Source of the DNA: Alphaproteobacteria bacterium CG11_big_fil_rev_8_21_14_0_20_39_49
GTDB taxonomy: Bacteria > Pseudomonadota > Alphaproteobacteria > Rickettsiales > UBA6187
Assembly (NCBI GenBank): GCA_002787635.1
Contig: PCXK01000009.1
Coordinates: 5,770 to 69,769, forward strand
Reading direction: 5' to 3'
DNA length: 64,000 bases
The notes under the pieces were generated by a model, which was not told the DNA's origin, searched no databases, and worked only from the letters and a program-made list of their open reading frames with translations. Positions 48,937-61,470 of this stretch are shown piece after piece. Every line of letters begins with the position of its first letter. The stretch's first letter is position 1. The position numbers and the translations under genes are program-made.

Positions 48937-49770
48937 ATGTCACAGAAACGTTTTTACAGGTCGGATATATTTGTAGTGATATTCCTTGCGGTACAGATAT
49001 TGTTATGGCATGAAACCAAAAAATTTAAGCCGGATTTTTCTATAGTACCCGATGTTCCGAGCAAAGAATCGGTAAAGGCTATTTCATTGGGAGATGAACA
49101 ATTTTACTTTAGAACGCTGACCTTCCAGTTGCAAAATGCAGGCGATACGTTCGGCAGGTTCACGGCACTAAGGGAATATAATTTTGTTAAACTTTATAAC
49201 TGGTTTAAACTTCTTGATACGCTGGATCCCAAATCACATTTCGTCCCTTCGATAGCAGCTTATTATTTCAGCCAAACCCAAAACACCCCAGATGTGAAGT
49301 ATGTTGCCCAATATCTGGAGGAACACGCGGAAAAAGATCTGTATAACAAGTGGTGGTGGATGGGGCAGGCAGTGTATCTTGCCAACCATAAACTAAAGGA
49401 TAAGGATTGGGCATTAAGGCTTGCTTATAAGCTTTCTGAAACTCCTCGTGATGATGTGCCTATGTGGGTAAAGCAGATGCCGGCTTTTATACATGAAAAA
49501 CGAGGTGAGAAGGATCAGGCAATGGGTATAGTGTGCAATATTATCAAGAATATTGATAATATTGAGCAGGGCGAGATTAATTTTATGACGCATTTTGTTC
49601 TTGAACGCCTTGACGAACAATATCAGGGACTTCCTATGAACGAGCAGATAGCTAACCTTGCGAAGGATTGCCCTCAGTTCGAAAGATTGTATGAAAATAA
49701 TCTTTCTGATTTTGAAAAAAAGCCGAAAAGTGAAGATGCTGATAAAGAAGATGACTCGGCGAGCAATTAA
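48937..49770 (+). CDS. Hypothetical membrane-anchored protein
   Basis: 277 aa. One N-terminal TM (IFVVIFLAVQILLW) and an acidic C-terminal tail. No family recognised. Confidence 0.4.
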   Translation: MSQKRFYRSDIFVVIFLAVQILLWHETKKFKPDFSIVPDVPSKESVKAISLGDEQFYFRTLTFQLQNAGDTFGRFTALREYNFVKLYNWFKLLDTLDPKSHFVPSIAAYYFSQTQNTPDVKYVAQYLEEHAEKDLYNKWWWMGQAVYLANHKLKDKDWALRLAYKLSETPRDDVPMWVKQMPAFIHEKRGEKDQAMGIVCNIIKNIDNIEQGEINFMTHFVLERLDEQYQGLPMNEQIANLAKDCPQFERLYENNLSDFEKKPKSEDADKEDDSASN

Positions 49771-49791
49771 TCAAGACTACAATATACACAG

Positions 49792-50886
49792 ATGTTAATA
49801 GAGAAAGTTACTTTAAGTTTTGTTCAGTCTTTACATTTAGCGGCTTTATTTCCCTGCGTTATAGTTATTTTCTACCTTCTTTATAAAGCAAGGCAAAAAG
49901 AGCTGGTTGTTGTTCCGACATTATATTTTTTATCCCTGATATCGGGAATATCGGCATCTTTACTACCGGCATTTATTAATATGCAGGAACACCAAAATCT
50001 TGAGGCATTCCTGATGTTGGGTGAGGCGTTCATACCTTCCATTAGTTTTTTACTGGTATTCCAGTTTATACTTAACAGACTTCCACCGAGCTACTACTGG
50101 CTGGTACTGACGATACCCACTTTAACTGCCGGCCCTCTTTTATTTAAGTCTATCGGGCTTGATGAGCTTTGCCTTGTTATAGATGTATGTTTTAAATCAA
50201 GCGTATTTACAAATCTTAATAATATAATTTTATCGTCATTGATATTTATCCTTCTTACATTGATAGTAGGAAGGCGTAGGTCTGAGATAGTAGGAGACAG
50301 GGTATATAAGAAATATAAATACTGGCTGGTTATTTCGCTTATCATTTATAATGTAGGATTATTGTTACTTGATCTGGGTTATGTTTCCGAGAATGTATCT
50401 AGGGCAAGATATGATTTTGCTAAAATAATATTTAAGATTGCTTTCATATATATGGTTATGACATCTATTTTCCGTGTATTTACCGATTTGTTTGATGTCG
50501 GTCTGCCTCCGTTGTCTTTAAAGAAAAACTCTTTGACAAAATATGAACAAAGCTTATCTGAAAAGATATATATCTTACTTGAGGATAGGAAAGTTTACAG
50601 GGAGGTCGGTTTTAACAGAGCTAAGTTATCCGAAACTCTCAACATAAGCGAGCATATGCTATCGAGGATAATAAATATAAAGTTCAAAAAGAGCTTTAGC
50701 GATCTGGCGAATGACTACAGGGTAAAGGAGGCAAAGGATTTGTTGAGCAACTCTGAAAGTCCGGTTACCGATATATCCTATGATGTAGGTTTTAATAGCA
50801 TTGCCTCGTTTAATCGTGTATTTAAGAGCCTTACAGGTAAATCACCCACCCAATACAGGGAGGACATGAAGAAAGGCATTGTATGA
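49792..50886 (+). CDS. Membrane-embedded AraC-family transcriptional regulator
   Basis: The N-terminal roughly 230 aa are multi-TM. The C-terminus is an AraC-type HTH (LSETLNISEHMLSRIIN...DISYDVGFNSIASFNRVFKSLTGKSPTQYR). Confidence 0.75.
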   Translation: MLIEKVTLSFVQSLHLAALFPCVIVIFYLLYKARQKELVVVPTLYFLSLISGISASLLPAFINMQEHQNLEAFLMLGEAFIPSISFLLVFQFILNRLPPSYYWLVLTIPTLTAGPLLFKSIGLDELCLVIDVCFKSSVFTNLNNIILSSLIFILLTLIVGRRRSEIVGDRVYKKYKYWLVISLIIYNVGLLLLDLGYVSENVSRARYDFAKIIFKIAFIYMVMTSIFRVFTDLFDVGLPPLSLKKNSLTKYEQSLSEKIYILLEDRKVYREVGFNRAKLSETLNISEHMLSRIINIKFKKSFSDLANDYRVKEAKDLLSNSESPVTDISYDVGFNSIASFNRVFKSLTGKSPTQYREDMKKGIV

Positions 50887-51665
50887 TTGAGCTACTTAGA
50901 ACATTAGCAGAATTTGGAGCTGACGAGGCTATTGAGGAAAAACCTATAAACAGATATAAACAAAAACCCAAACCGCAGACGGAAGATAACACTTCCCCTG
51001 CCGTTTCTCTTAAAAGAGCCGTAAAACCTATACAAAGCCCCTCAAATACGGCAATGGAAACGCTGGAACAGGCAAAATCCTGTGACACAAGGGAAAAACT
51101 CAAAGAAACCATCGAATCTTTCAAAGGTATATCAATAACAAAAACGGCAACCAACACGGTATTTTGCGACGGTCAGCCCGATGCCGAGATAATGCTAATA
51201 GGTGAAGCTCCCGGTGCTGAAGAAGATGCAAGAGGTATCCCGTTTTGCGGGGCAAGCGGTCAGTTGCTTGATAAGATGCTTATTCATATAGGTTTGTCAC
51301 GTGAAAAGAATTTTTATATAACCAATACTCTTTTTTGGCGACCACCAGGCAATCGTCGTCCTACCCCCGAAGAGATAAATATCTGTCGCCCTTTTGTTGA
51401 GAAACACATAGCATTGATAAACCCGAAACTAATAATACTTGTAGGCGGAACTGCCGTAACATCGGTTTTGAACAACAATCAGACCATCACAAAGATACGC
51501 GGACAGTTTTTTGATTACACAAATCAGTTTTTGGACGGTACTATAAAGACAACGGCTATTTTTCACCCTTCATATCTTTTAAGGTCACCCGGACAGAAAA
51601 AGAGTGCATGGCATGATTGCCTTACCATACGTAAGCATATCAGGGAAAACAGTATAAAAATTTAA
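50883..51665 (+). CDS. Uracil-DNA glycosylase, family 4
   Basis: GEAPGAEEDARGIPFCGASGQLLDKML and HPSYLLR motifs. There is a roughly 90-aa N-terminal extension. Confidence 0.85.
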   Translation: MIELLRTLAEFGADEAIEEKPINRYKQKPKPQTEDNTSPAVSLKRAVKPIQSPSNTAMETLEQAKSCDTREKLKETIESFKGISITKTATNTVFCDGQPDAEIMLIGEAPGAEEDARGIPFCGASGQLLDKMLIHIGLSREKNFYITNTLFWRPPGNRRPTPEEINICRPFVEKHIALINPKLIILVGGTAVTSVLNNNQTITKIRGQFFDYTNQFLDGTIKTTAIFHPSYLLRSPGQKKSAWHDCLTIRKHIRENSIKI

Positions 51666-51683
51666 AGCACTGCTGAGGAACCA

Positions 51684-52103
51684 ATGAAAGAAGTTATATT
51701 TTTATTCTTAGTATTTCTTAATACAAATGCTTTTGCGGATAATTTAATAAAAGATGCTCTAAGCATTTTTACAAAGACAGACCTTGATATAAAATATGTC
51801 GGCAATATTACACTTGGTGAACCTTATGTGGTAACAGGTTCATTTAAAAGCCAATATACGCATATTCCTTTTACCTTTACAGACGGTCAGTGGCATGAAA
51901 ATTCAGCTCAGGGTTTTCATGGGACAAAATCATCCGTTCAAGGTTCGGTAATAAACTTTACCTGCCAGAAAGGGCTTGGTTATCCAAAAGGCTTGAAAAA
52001 AGAGATAGTCCTAAAGAATCTGAGTGGTGGCAACTACATAGTAAACTACCAAAACCCTGACGGCAGCATAGTTTATGTTGGCACTATAAAACTAGAACAC
52101 TAG
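51684..52103 (+). CDS. Hypothetical secreted protein
   Basis: 139 aa with a signal peptide (…NTNAFA/DN). No family recognised. Confidence 0.4.
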   Translation: MKEVIFLFLVFLNTNAFADNLIKDALSIFTKTDLDIKYVGNITLGEPYVVTGSFKSQYTHIPFTFTDGQWHENSAQGFHGTKSSVQGSVINFTCQKGLGYPKGLKKEIVLKNLSGGNYIVNYQNPDGSIVYVGTIKLEH

Positions 52104-52206
52104 GTAAAAGGTATTAAATTCAACAGCTTGACAAAATAATATTTCCAAGTAAATTTAGAACCCGTAATTTTGTTAATTTTTTAACAATCGGAGGTAGTGT
52201 TTTAAA

Positions 52207-54120
52207 TTGCATTCAAAAGCCCCTAATTTAACAATGACGCAAGGCTCTGCCTTATTTAGACGTTCGATGCAGCGTCTTGTAGCATCTAATGCACGCTATT
52301 TGAGTACCGAGCCTGATTCGGTAGATGAGTATGTGCATGAAGAAGGATTGCGACCTTTCCATCGAGCATCTACGGATCTGATATATTCAAGGGCAGACGC
52401 TAAAGAGGTTATCGGTATGGCAAAGGCTTTGGGAGTGTCTGATATTAAAGTAATTACAACCACTACTCCAAAGGCTGACAGGTCATTATTGCATTCGATA
52501 TTGAATATGGTACAAACCCGTTTACGCATAGACGAAACCGATGAAACATTACGCGGATTGATAAACCATGAAAAATCACAGCAAATACATTCTGCAATAA
52601 AAGAACCTTTCGATGATGCAGTAAGAAAGGGCAAGCTTGATGAAATGCCTTATACTTTTGACGAACGGCTGAACATTACAAATGGTTTTATTTCGCAAAT
52701 CACATCATCACAAAAAGACAGACCTTGGAATCTCGAAGCATTTAACGAGCAATGGCAGATATCACCTTCTAGACCACGTTATCAGAATAAATCTATCGAA
52801 ACATATAAAAGAGTAAGAGACAGGATAGAACAAGGCACTTTTAGTCCGCAAGACGGTGAGGACGCAGGAGATATTACCCGCCGTATAATGGGGCATACGG
52901 AAACATATAAGCAGTTACGCAGGATAGGTGTAACACTTACCGACAGTCATATAAACTCGCAAATACCCGAGCATGAACGGCTTACACTGCATTCGTGTGA
53001 CCAAAGGATAGGACATATAATTTTCGGAGGCATGGGAGCGGGTAAGAGTTATTTTTTATCATCGGCACATTACCCCGATGTAAGCCACCAGAACGCAGAT
53101 TATCTGAAAACCGCATTATGGACTACCGCCACCGAGGAGGGCAAGCTTGATTCGCAATATGGTCTGGAAGCAACCCAGAACGAATCTTCCATAGTGGCTT
53201 ATGAAAGCAGGCTGACCCGTTGTCATGATGCCCGCTCAAGATGGGTAGGACCCAATGTTATTATAGGCTCACTCGGGCTTAACAGACCTGAGATAGACGA
53301 ATTTTTAAACAGCGGTAAGGAAATTAAGGCAGACCACGTTTCAATGGACGTTGATAAGGCTGTAAAGGGTTGTTATGAAAGGGCACTTAGAATAGGCAGA
53401 AAGCCTAATGAACCGGCAATCCGCAAGTCATATGAAGACTCTGCCCGTAGTATATTGAATATAACCGAACATAACGGTAAGAATATTGAGGTGAATATTT
53501 ATGAAAGACGGGACGGCAATCCCGAACTAAACGCACGAATAGATTGCACGAGAAGCTTAGTCGATGTATTTGATAAAGAAGCCTTCTTACGCACTATATC
53601 AAGGTCCAATCTTGGCAAGACACCTGAAGAATCATCTGCTATCTTTATAGATAAATTTAAGCAGGCAGGTTTTGCGGTAAATTATAAACAAGGGCAATTG
53701 TCCCAACCTTTCGATGAAAACTCCTTAAACGGCTCAAAAAGAAACAATGCGATAGTAATATCTACACAAGCCGATAAAAACACACAAAGCTCTTTTGAAC
53801 GCTCGTCTTCGGCTTTGAGCATTACAAATGTCGGGCAATATAAGGGAGCGAATGTAAAGGCATATCTGTTCGACGGCGATGTATCCGAAGGAAGGCTGGG
53901 AGCGGTTATTGACTGTAAGGAATGTAAAATAAACGTCCACGACCAAAAAGCGTTTACGGATATATTGGCAACATCTGACCTAAATCCCAAAAACAAAGAG
54001 GAATCTGCAAACATGTTATTGAACAAACTCAAAAAAGACGGGTTTGAAATAGTGGATAAGGAAAAGCAGACTTCATACAGCCAAATGGTACGAAACTCCC
54101 AAAGGGATTTGGTTATATAA
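52207..54120 (+). CDS. Large hypothetical protein with a central P-loop (zeta-toxin/AAA_33-like kinase) region and a duplicated C-terminal module; candidate secreted effector
   Basis: Walker A at IIFGGMGAGKSYF (nt 53026-53049), followed by NADYL and NVIIGSLGL blocks reminiscent of zeta-type kinases. aa 424-495 and aa 547-620 are recognisably duplicated. TTG start; first ATG at 52234. Confidence 0.45.
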   Translation: MHSKAPNLTMTQGSALFRRSMQRLVASNARYLSTEPDSVDEYVHEEGLRPFHRASTDLIYSRADAKEVIGMAKALGVSDIKVITTTTPKADRSLLHSILNMVQTRLRIDETDETLRGLINHEKSQQIHSAIKEPFDDAVRKGKLDEMPYTFDERLNITNGFISQITSSQKDRPWNLEAFNEQWQISPSRPRYQNKSIETYKRVRDRIEQGTFSPQDGEDAGDITRRIMGHTETYKQLRRIGVTLTDSHINSQIPEHERLTLHSCDQRIGHIIFGGMGAGKSYFLSSAHYPDVSHQNADYLKTALWTTATEEGKLDSQYGLEATQNESSIVAYESRLTRCHDARSRWVGPNVIIGSLGLNRPEIDEFLNSGKEIKADHVSMDVDKAVKGCYERALRIGRKPNEPAIRKSYEDSARSILNITEHNGKNIEVNIYERRDGNPELNARIDCTRSLVDVFDKEAFLRTISRSNLGKTPEESSAIFIDKFKQAGFAVNYKQGQLSQPFDENSLNGSKRNNAIVISTQADKNTQSSFERSSSALSITNVGQYKGANVKAYLFDGDVSEGRLGAVIDCKECKINVHDQKAFTDILATSDLNPKNKEESANMLLNKLKKDGFEIVDKEKQTSYSQMVRNSQRDLVI

Positions 54121-54124
54121 AGAA

Positions 54125-54610
54125 TCACTCATATTCTGCCATGAAAGTATAGCTTAACTCACCGCTTGTATATACTCCCGGCACGGCATTACTATGAACG
54201 AATATCCTTCCTCCCACATTAACTGCCCTTCTTCCGTTAGAACCTATAGTTTGCGAGGCAGGTATTAGCAACCTGTCAAAATCCACTCCGGGTATTGTTG
54301 AATTTGTTGATATTACGGTATAATTAACTACGGCATTGGGCGTACCGAAAATGCGGAAACGTGCGTTTTGTTGAAATGAGCCTATAGTTCCTTGTGTGTT
54401 GGCATTATATTGACCGTTACGCCTTACCACAACAAGATGACTGCCTGAGTTGGGAACGAACACTTTACCGAAGTTAAGTTCCTGTAACTGATTAACCTGC
54501 ATAGGAAGATGAATTTGTACCGATGCCGTAGATGATGCGGTTTCCGAAAAAGCCGGATTCGATGATAAAACACCGATAATTGCTAATAAAAATAACCTTA
54601 ACTTCCCCAT
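54125..54610 (-). CDS. DUF4402-like secreted protein (orphan copy)
   Basis: 161 aa with a signal peptide. LQELNFGKVFVP, ARFRIFGTPNAVVNYTV, ...PGVYTSGELSYTFMAEYE. Same architecture as 3354-4365 but no chaperone or usher nearby. Confidence 0.55.
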   Translation of the reverse strand: MGKLRLFLLAIIGVLSSNPAFSETASSTASVQIHLPMQVNQLQELNFGKVFVPNSGSHLVVVRRNGQYNANTQGTIGSFQQNARFRIFGTPNAVVNYTVISTNSTIPGVDFDRLLIPASQTIGSNGRRAVNVGGRIFVHSNAVPGVYTSGELSYTFMAEYE

Positions 54611-54943
54611 GTTATGTATATTTTATATAATAAAAATGTTAACCCGCTTTATATAGTAAAGTTGAATTTAATTTACTATATTTAGAATGTATCATAATAG
54701 TACGGCATGAATATTACATAAATATTACATAAAAAAGACTAAAAAGCCAGCTCTTTTATCATATAGTGTTTTTGCTTTTTATTTACACTAAGAAATTCAG
54801 GCGATGTGTAAAAAACACACATGAGCCGAAAATTGATGAATAATAAATGACAATCAAAAAATCAAGATTGCGATAATCATTGATTATCAGCAGCATACAT
54901 AGTTAGCGATTAACTTCCGACTCCGAACTCCGGTTATTTATTT

Positions 54944-55050
54944 TCGGAATTGTACGTTTAACGGTTGATGTGTCACCCTGAACTTGTTTCAGGGTCTTCC
55001 TTAAAGTAAAATGTCATGCTGAAATAAATTCAGCATGACATAAAATTAAA
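54944..55050. repeat. Degenerate family A palindromic element (copy 3)
   Basis: Retains caccctgaacttgtttcagggtc and atgctgaaataaattcagcatgaca. The left TIR is degraded (cggaattgtacgtttaacgg) and the right TIR is not recognisable. Confidence 0.5.
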
Positions 55051-55078
55051 GATTTCAGTACAATTTTTACAAAATATC

Positions 55079-55220
55079 TAGTAAATTCTAAATTCATTTA
55101 CGTCATCGTCCGAGTTTTCTTTAGAAAACTATAGGGTGATCTCATGAAGATTACCCTATAATTGCCTTTGGCAATTCGGGTAATGACGTTTTTTATGAGA
55201 AATGAATTTAGAATTTACTA
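55079..55220. mobile_element. MITE-like palindromic element, family C, with perfect 21-bp terminal inverted repeats
   Basis: tagtaaattctaaattcattt (55079-55099) is the exact reverse complement of aaatgaatttagaatttacta (55200-55220). The interior is itself a long imperfect palindrome (acgtcatcgtccgag... / ...ttcgggtaatgacgt). The outermost TA on each side could be a TA target duplication. Confidence 0.7.
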
Positions 55221-55368
55221 TATATTTATTGAAAACTCCAATTCATACACGGATTTACAATTTTGTAATCCTTATAAAAAACAGGGTGCAACCTAACAAA
55301 AGCAGCGTATATCACAAGAATAATAGACTAAAGTTATTATATTAACATTTATATTTTGAGTTTACAAA

Positions 55369-55737
55369 ATGACTGACCCACAGAAACTATTCGTAAAATT
55401 ATACGGAAAGACGGTATCTCCTATACCCATAAAATTGAAGAATAGTTATAATGTTACCCGTTCAGAAAAAGTTGAAACAAAAAACATAACAGACCGTCAA
55501 CTATCCGCAATAATAGTTAATTTAATATACTCAAAGTTACCGTTTACCGAAAGCTCTACAACTTGCCAAGCTTTCAATGATAATAATGGAGTTGAACATA
55601 TTTTAGAGAGTGGCTGCACTGACTACATGATAAAATCAGGACTTGTTTCTGATGAAGGAGGTGAATGGGGCAATAAAACTCTAAAACTTACTAAAAAAGG
55701 AGAGTTAGAAATAAAAAAATTCCTAACTCTCAAATAA
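55369..55737 (+). CDS. Hypothetical protein
   Basis: 122-aa ORF with no recognisable motif. Confidence 0.35.
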   Translation: MTDPQKLFVKLYGKTVSPIPIKLKNSYNVTRSEKVETKNITDRQLSAIIVNLIYSKLPFTESSTTCQAFNDNNGVEHILESGCTDYMIKSGLVSDEGGEWGNKTLKLTKKGELEIKKFLTLK

Positions 55738-55746
55738 ATAAAAAAC

Positions 55747-56622
55747 CTAAGCAGCCAATAGCTTTTTCATGGTCTTACCAAGAGCAGCAGGTGAATCGGA
55801 AACTTTAATTCCTGCCGATTGCATAGCTTCGATTTTATCTTCAGCACCACCTTTGCCGCCTGAAATGATAGCTCCGGCATGTCCCATACGCTTCCCCGGA
55901 GGGGCAGTACGTCCGGCAATAAACCCTACAACAGGTTTTTTGACTTTTGAATCTTTAAGGAACTGTGCCGCATCTTCTTCTGCCGAGCCGCCTATCTCAC
56001 CTATCATAACGATAGCCTGCGTTTCATCATCGCCCAGGAACATATCCAGCACATCAATGAAGTTAGTACCGTTTACAGGGTCACCGCCGATTCCGACACA
56101 TGTTGATTGTCCGAACCCTTCAGCCGTAGTCTGGTGCACCGCCTCATAAGTTAGAGTACCCGAACGTGAAAGAATACCGATTTTACCACGCTTGTGGATA
56201 TGACCCGGCATAATACCTATTTTGCACTCGTCAGGAGTTATAACACCCGGACAGTTAGGACCTATAAGACGTGTTTTAGAGCCGCTTAGTGCTTTTTTGA
56301 CTTTCACCATATCAAGTACGGGAATTCCTTCGGTGATACAGATAGCAAGTTCGATTTCGGCATCTATTGCTTCTAAAATAGCATCTGCTGCAAACGGAGG
56401 CGGAACGTAAATAACAGAAGCATTAGCACCCGTAACATCTTTAGCTTCCTGTACCGTATCAAATATCGGAAGGTTTAAGTGCTTACCGCCACCTTTACCG
56501 GGAGTAACACCGCCTACCATTTTTGTTCCATATTCGATAGCCTGTTCAGAGTGGAACGTACCTTGCGAACCGGTAAAACCCTGACAGATAACTTTAGTTT
56601 CTTTGTTAATTAAAATAGCCAT
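55747..56622 (-). CDS. sucD: Succinyl-CoA synthetase alpha subunit
   Basis: [23 protein letters not shown] and GHAGAII. Confidence 0.97.
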   Translation of the reverse strand: MAILINKETKVICQGFTGSQGTFHSEQAIEYGTKMVGGVTPGKGGGKHLNLPIFDTVQEAKDVTGANASVIYVPPPFAADAILEAIDAEIELAICITEGIPVLDMVKVKKALSGSKTRLIGPNCPGVITPDECKIGIMPGHIHKRGKIGILSRSGTLTYEAVHQTTAEGFGQSTCVGIGGDPVNGTNFIDVLDMFLGDDETQAIVMIGEIGGSAEEDAAQFLKDSKVKKPVVGFIAGRTAPPGKRMGHAGAIISGGKGGAEDKIEAMQSAGIKVSDSPAALGKTMKKLLAA

Positions 56623-56648
56623 TTTATCTCCTTCATTATTTCATAATT

Positions 56649-56772
56649 GTCATTCCACGAATTTTTTTAGGAGAAAAAAATTATAGTGGAATCCACATTC
56701 AAAAAAGTTAGAAAACTTTTCGAATTGGATCCCATAGTAAAAAATTTTCCTAAATTTTTTCTATAGGATGAC
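56649..56772. repeat. Palindromic repeat, family B (full-length copy) inserted between sucC and sucD
   Basis: gtcattccacgaattt...aaattatagtggaatccaca..., internal hairpin atcccatagtaaaaaattt / aaattttttctataggat, and terminal gtcattcc / ggatgac. It fills most of the 159-bp sucC-sucD spacer. Confidence 0.6.
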
Positions 56773-56781
56773 ACGTCAGCA

Positions 56782-57984
56782 TTAAGCCGCAGCCTTATTC
56801 TTAACGGCAGCTACAACCTTAGTTGCAGCGTCTTCCAAATCATTCGCAGGAATAATATCCAAACCCGACTTATTTAATATCTCTTTGCCCAAGGCAACAT
56901 TAGTTCCTTCCAAGCGGACAACAAGAGGAACGCTTAAAGATACTTCCTTAGCGGCAGCAATAACACCTTCTGCGATTACATCACAACGCATAATACCGCC
57001 AAAGATATTAACCAAGATACCCTGTACGTTATCATCAGACAAAATAATTTTGAATGCCTCGGTCACACGCTCTTTAGTAGCACCACCGCCAACGTCCAAA
57101 AAGTTCGCAGGCTCACCGCCTTTTAACTTAATGATATCCATAGTTGCCATTGCAAGACCGGCACCATTTACCATGCAACCGATATTGCCGTCCATTTTAA
57201 CGTAGCTTAATTCATGGTCTTTTGCTTTTTTCTCCTGTGGGTTTTCCTCAGACTCATCACGCAAATCTTCAATATCAGGGTGACGGAAAAGAGCGTTATC
57301 ATCAAAACCGCACTTAGCGTCCAGTACGACTATCTGACCGCTTCCTGTAAGCACCAGCGGGTTTATCTCTATTTGAGATGCATCGGTTTGCAAAAATGCT
57401 TCATATAGGGCAAACACGATTTTAGAGAACTGCTTTAACTGATCACCTGCAAAGCCTAGTGAAAAGCCTAATTTTCTGGCATGAAAGCCCGAAATACCCG
57501 CAGCCGGATCTACGCTCAAAGTAATGATTTTCTCAGGCGTGTTATGTGCAACTTCTTCAATATCCATACCGCCTTCTGTAGATGCTACGAAAGCAACCCT
57601 TGAAGTTTCACGGTCAACAAGCAGCGAAAGGTAATATTCTTTTTTAATGTCCGAGCCGTCTTCGATATATAAACGGTTAACCTGTTTGCCTTCTTCGCCT
57701 GTTTGTATTGTAACAAGGGTGTTACCGAGCATTTCCTCAGCGTTTTTCCTAACTTCCGCAACGGACTTTACAACGCGTACACCGCCTGCCGCATTTGGAG
57801 TTTCTTTGAATTTACCCTTACCGCGTCCGCCGGCATGTATTTGTGATTTCACCACATAGACGGGTCCGGACAGTTTTTTAGCGGCTTCCTCAGCTTCGTG
57901 AGCTGAATGAGCCGGATATCCTTCCGGCACAGGCACACCGAACTGGGCCAATATACGTTTGCCTTGATATTCATGTATATCCAT
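56782..57984 (-). CDS. sucC: Succinyl-CoA synthetase beta subunit
   Basis: [20 protein letters not shown]... Start set at the conserved Met (57984), not the track start (58047). Confidence 0.97.
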   Translation of the reverse strand: MDIHEYQGKRILAQFGVPVPEGYPAHSAHEAEEAAKKLSGPVYVVKSQIHAGGRGKGKFKETPNAAGGVRVVKSVAEVRKNAEEMLGNTLVTIQTGEEGKQVNRLYIEDGSDIKKEYYLSLLVDRETSRVAFVASTEGGMDIEEVAHNTPEKIITLSVDPAAGISGFHARKLGFSLGFAGDQLKQFSKIVFALYEAFLQTDASQIEINPLVLTGSGQIVVLDAKCGFDDNALFRHPDIEDLRDESEENPQEKKAKDHELSYVKMDGNIGCMVNGAGLAMATMDIIKLKGGEPANFLDVGGGATKERVTEAFKIILSDDNVQGILVNIFGGIMRCDVIAEGVIAAAKEVSLSVPLVVRLEGTNVALGKEILNKSGLDIIPANDLEDAATKVVAAVKNKAAA

Positions 57985-58009
57985 AATTCTTCCTTGGTTT
58001 TTTATTAAT

Positions 58010-60585
<2,576 letters not shown>

Positions 60586-60887
60586 AAAATGATGCCTTAA
60601 ATATTAATTGATAAGTATTTGTATAGATATTGTCATCCGGATTTTTTTACATTGGATAATGTTTGGAATTTACTTAACATTTGCCCATGAGCTTTTTAAT
60701 TTACAGGCAAAAAGTATCTATCAGTTACCAATAAAAAACCTTGTTGTCAACATGTTATAAGCTAAAAAATTAATTTTATCATATGTTTTGCAATTTAAGA
60801 TTCCCCACAAGCCATTGAAAAACAATCAAAACTATAGTAAATTCAAAGTTACTGTACTTCATATCAAATATTTTTAACGACCGTTGA

Positions 60888-61382
60888 TTATATATTTCTT
60901 TGACTCTTTTCTTTATCGCTTAATATAATTTTTTGTAAATAACTTTCACTATTATTTAGATCGCTTTGCTTTTCCTCACCCAATCCGTTATCTGACTTGA
61001 ATTGATTTATGAGTCCCTGTTGTTTTTCATTAAATTCTTTTAAAATCCCGACATAATCATCAGAATTATTTTCTTTGATTTGCCTTGCCTTATCAATACT
61101 TTCCTTTTGCATTGCTACGATTACCTGCTCCCCTAGATTTTCTATCATATCTTTTGAAGCACCCGAACTTTTAGCGTTGTAAAACTTTTCTATTACTTCA
61201 TTTACATAGTTTGCATGTTTATACTTTTTATCGGATTTTTTTTCCTTACCGCCATAACTTTCAACAACATACGCATCGGGCAAAGCATAACTATCGTCCA
61301 TATCCTCCTGTTTATCTTCTTTTCGGATATTTTCTTTATTTTGTCTGAACAGGGATTTTATTTTATCTAATATTATCGCCAT
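60888..61382 (-). CDS. Hypothetical Lys/Glu-rich protein
   Basis: 164-aa ORF between flhB and rho. No motif recognised. Confidence 0.35.
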   Translation of the reverse strand: MAIILDKIKSLFRQNKENIRKEDKQEDMDDSYALPDAYVVESYGGKEKKSDKKYKHANYVNEVIEKFYNAKSSGASKDMIENLGEQVIVAMQKESIDKARQIKENNSDDYVGILKEFNEKQQGLINQFKSDNGLGEEKQSDLNNSESYLQKIILSDKEKSQRNI

Positions 61383-61470
61383 ACCTTATGCCTTGAAGAT
61401 TTTAAATAACCTTCCTGTACAAAGAATAGCACATTACCGCCATCTAAAAAAGTAAATTTTTTAAATATTT

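Noticed and set aside
50831-51157. 108-aa minus-strand ORF
   Set aside because: It is antisense to the 5' part of the family 4 uracil-DNA glycosylase gene and overlaps the AraC gene end. No motifs.
54611-55368. Possible CRISPR array in the repeat-rich spacer (also considered for the other palindromic repeats)
   Set aside because: The repeats belong to different families, are internally palindromic with TIRs, are not regularly spaced direct repeats, and no cas genes are present. They are MITE-like elements.
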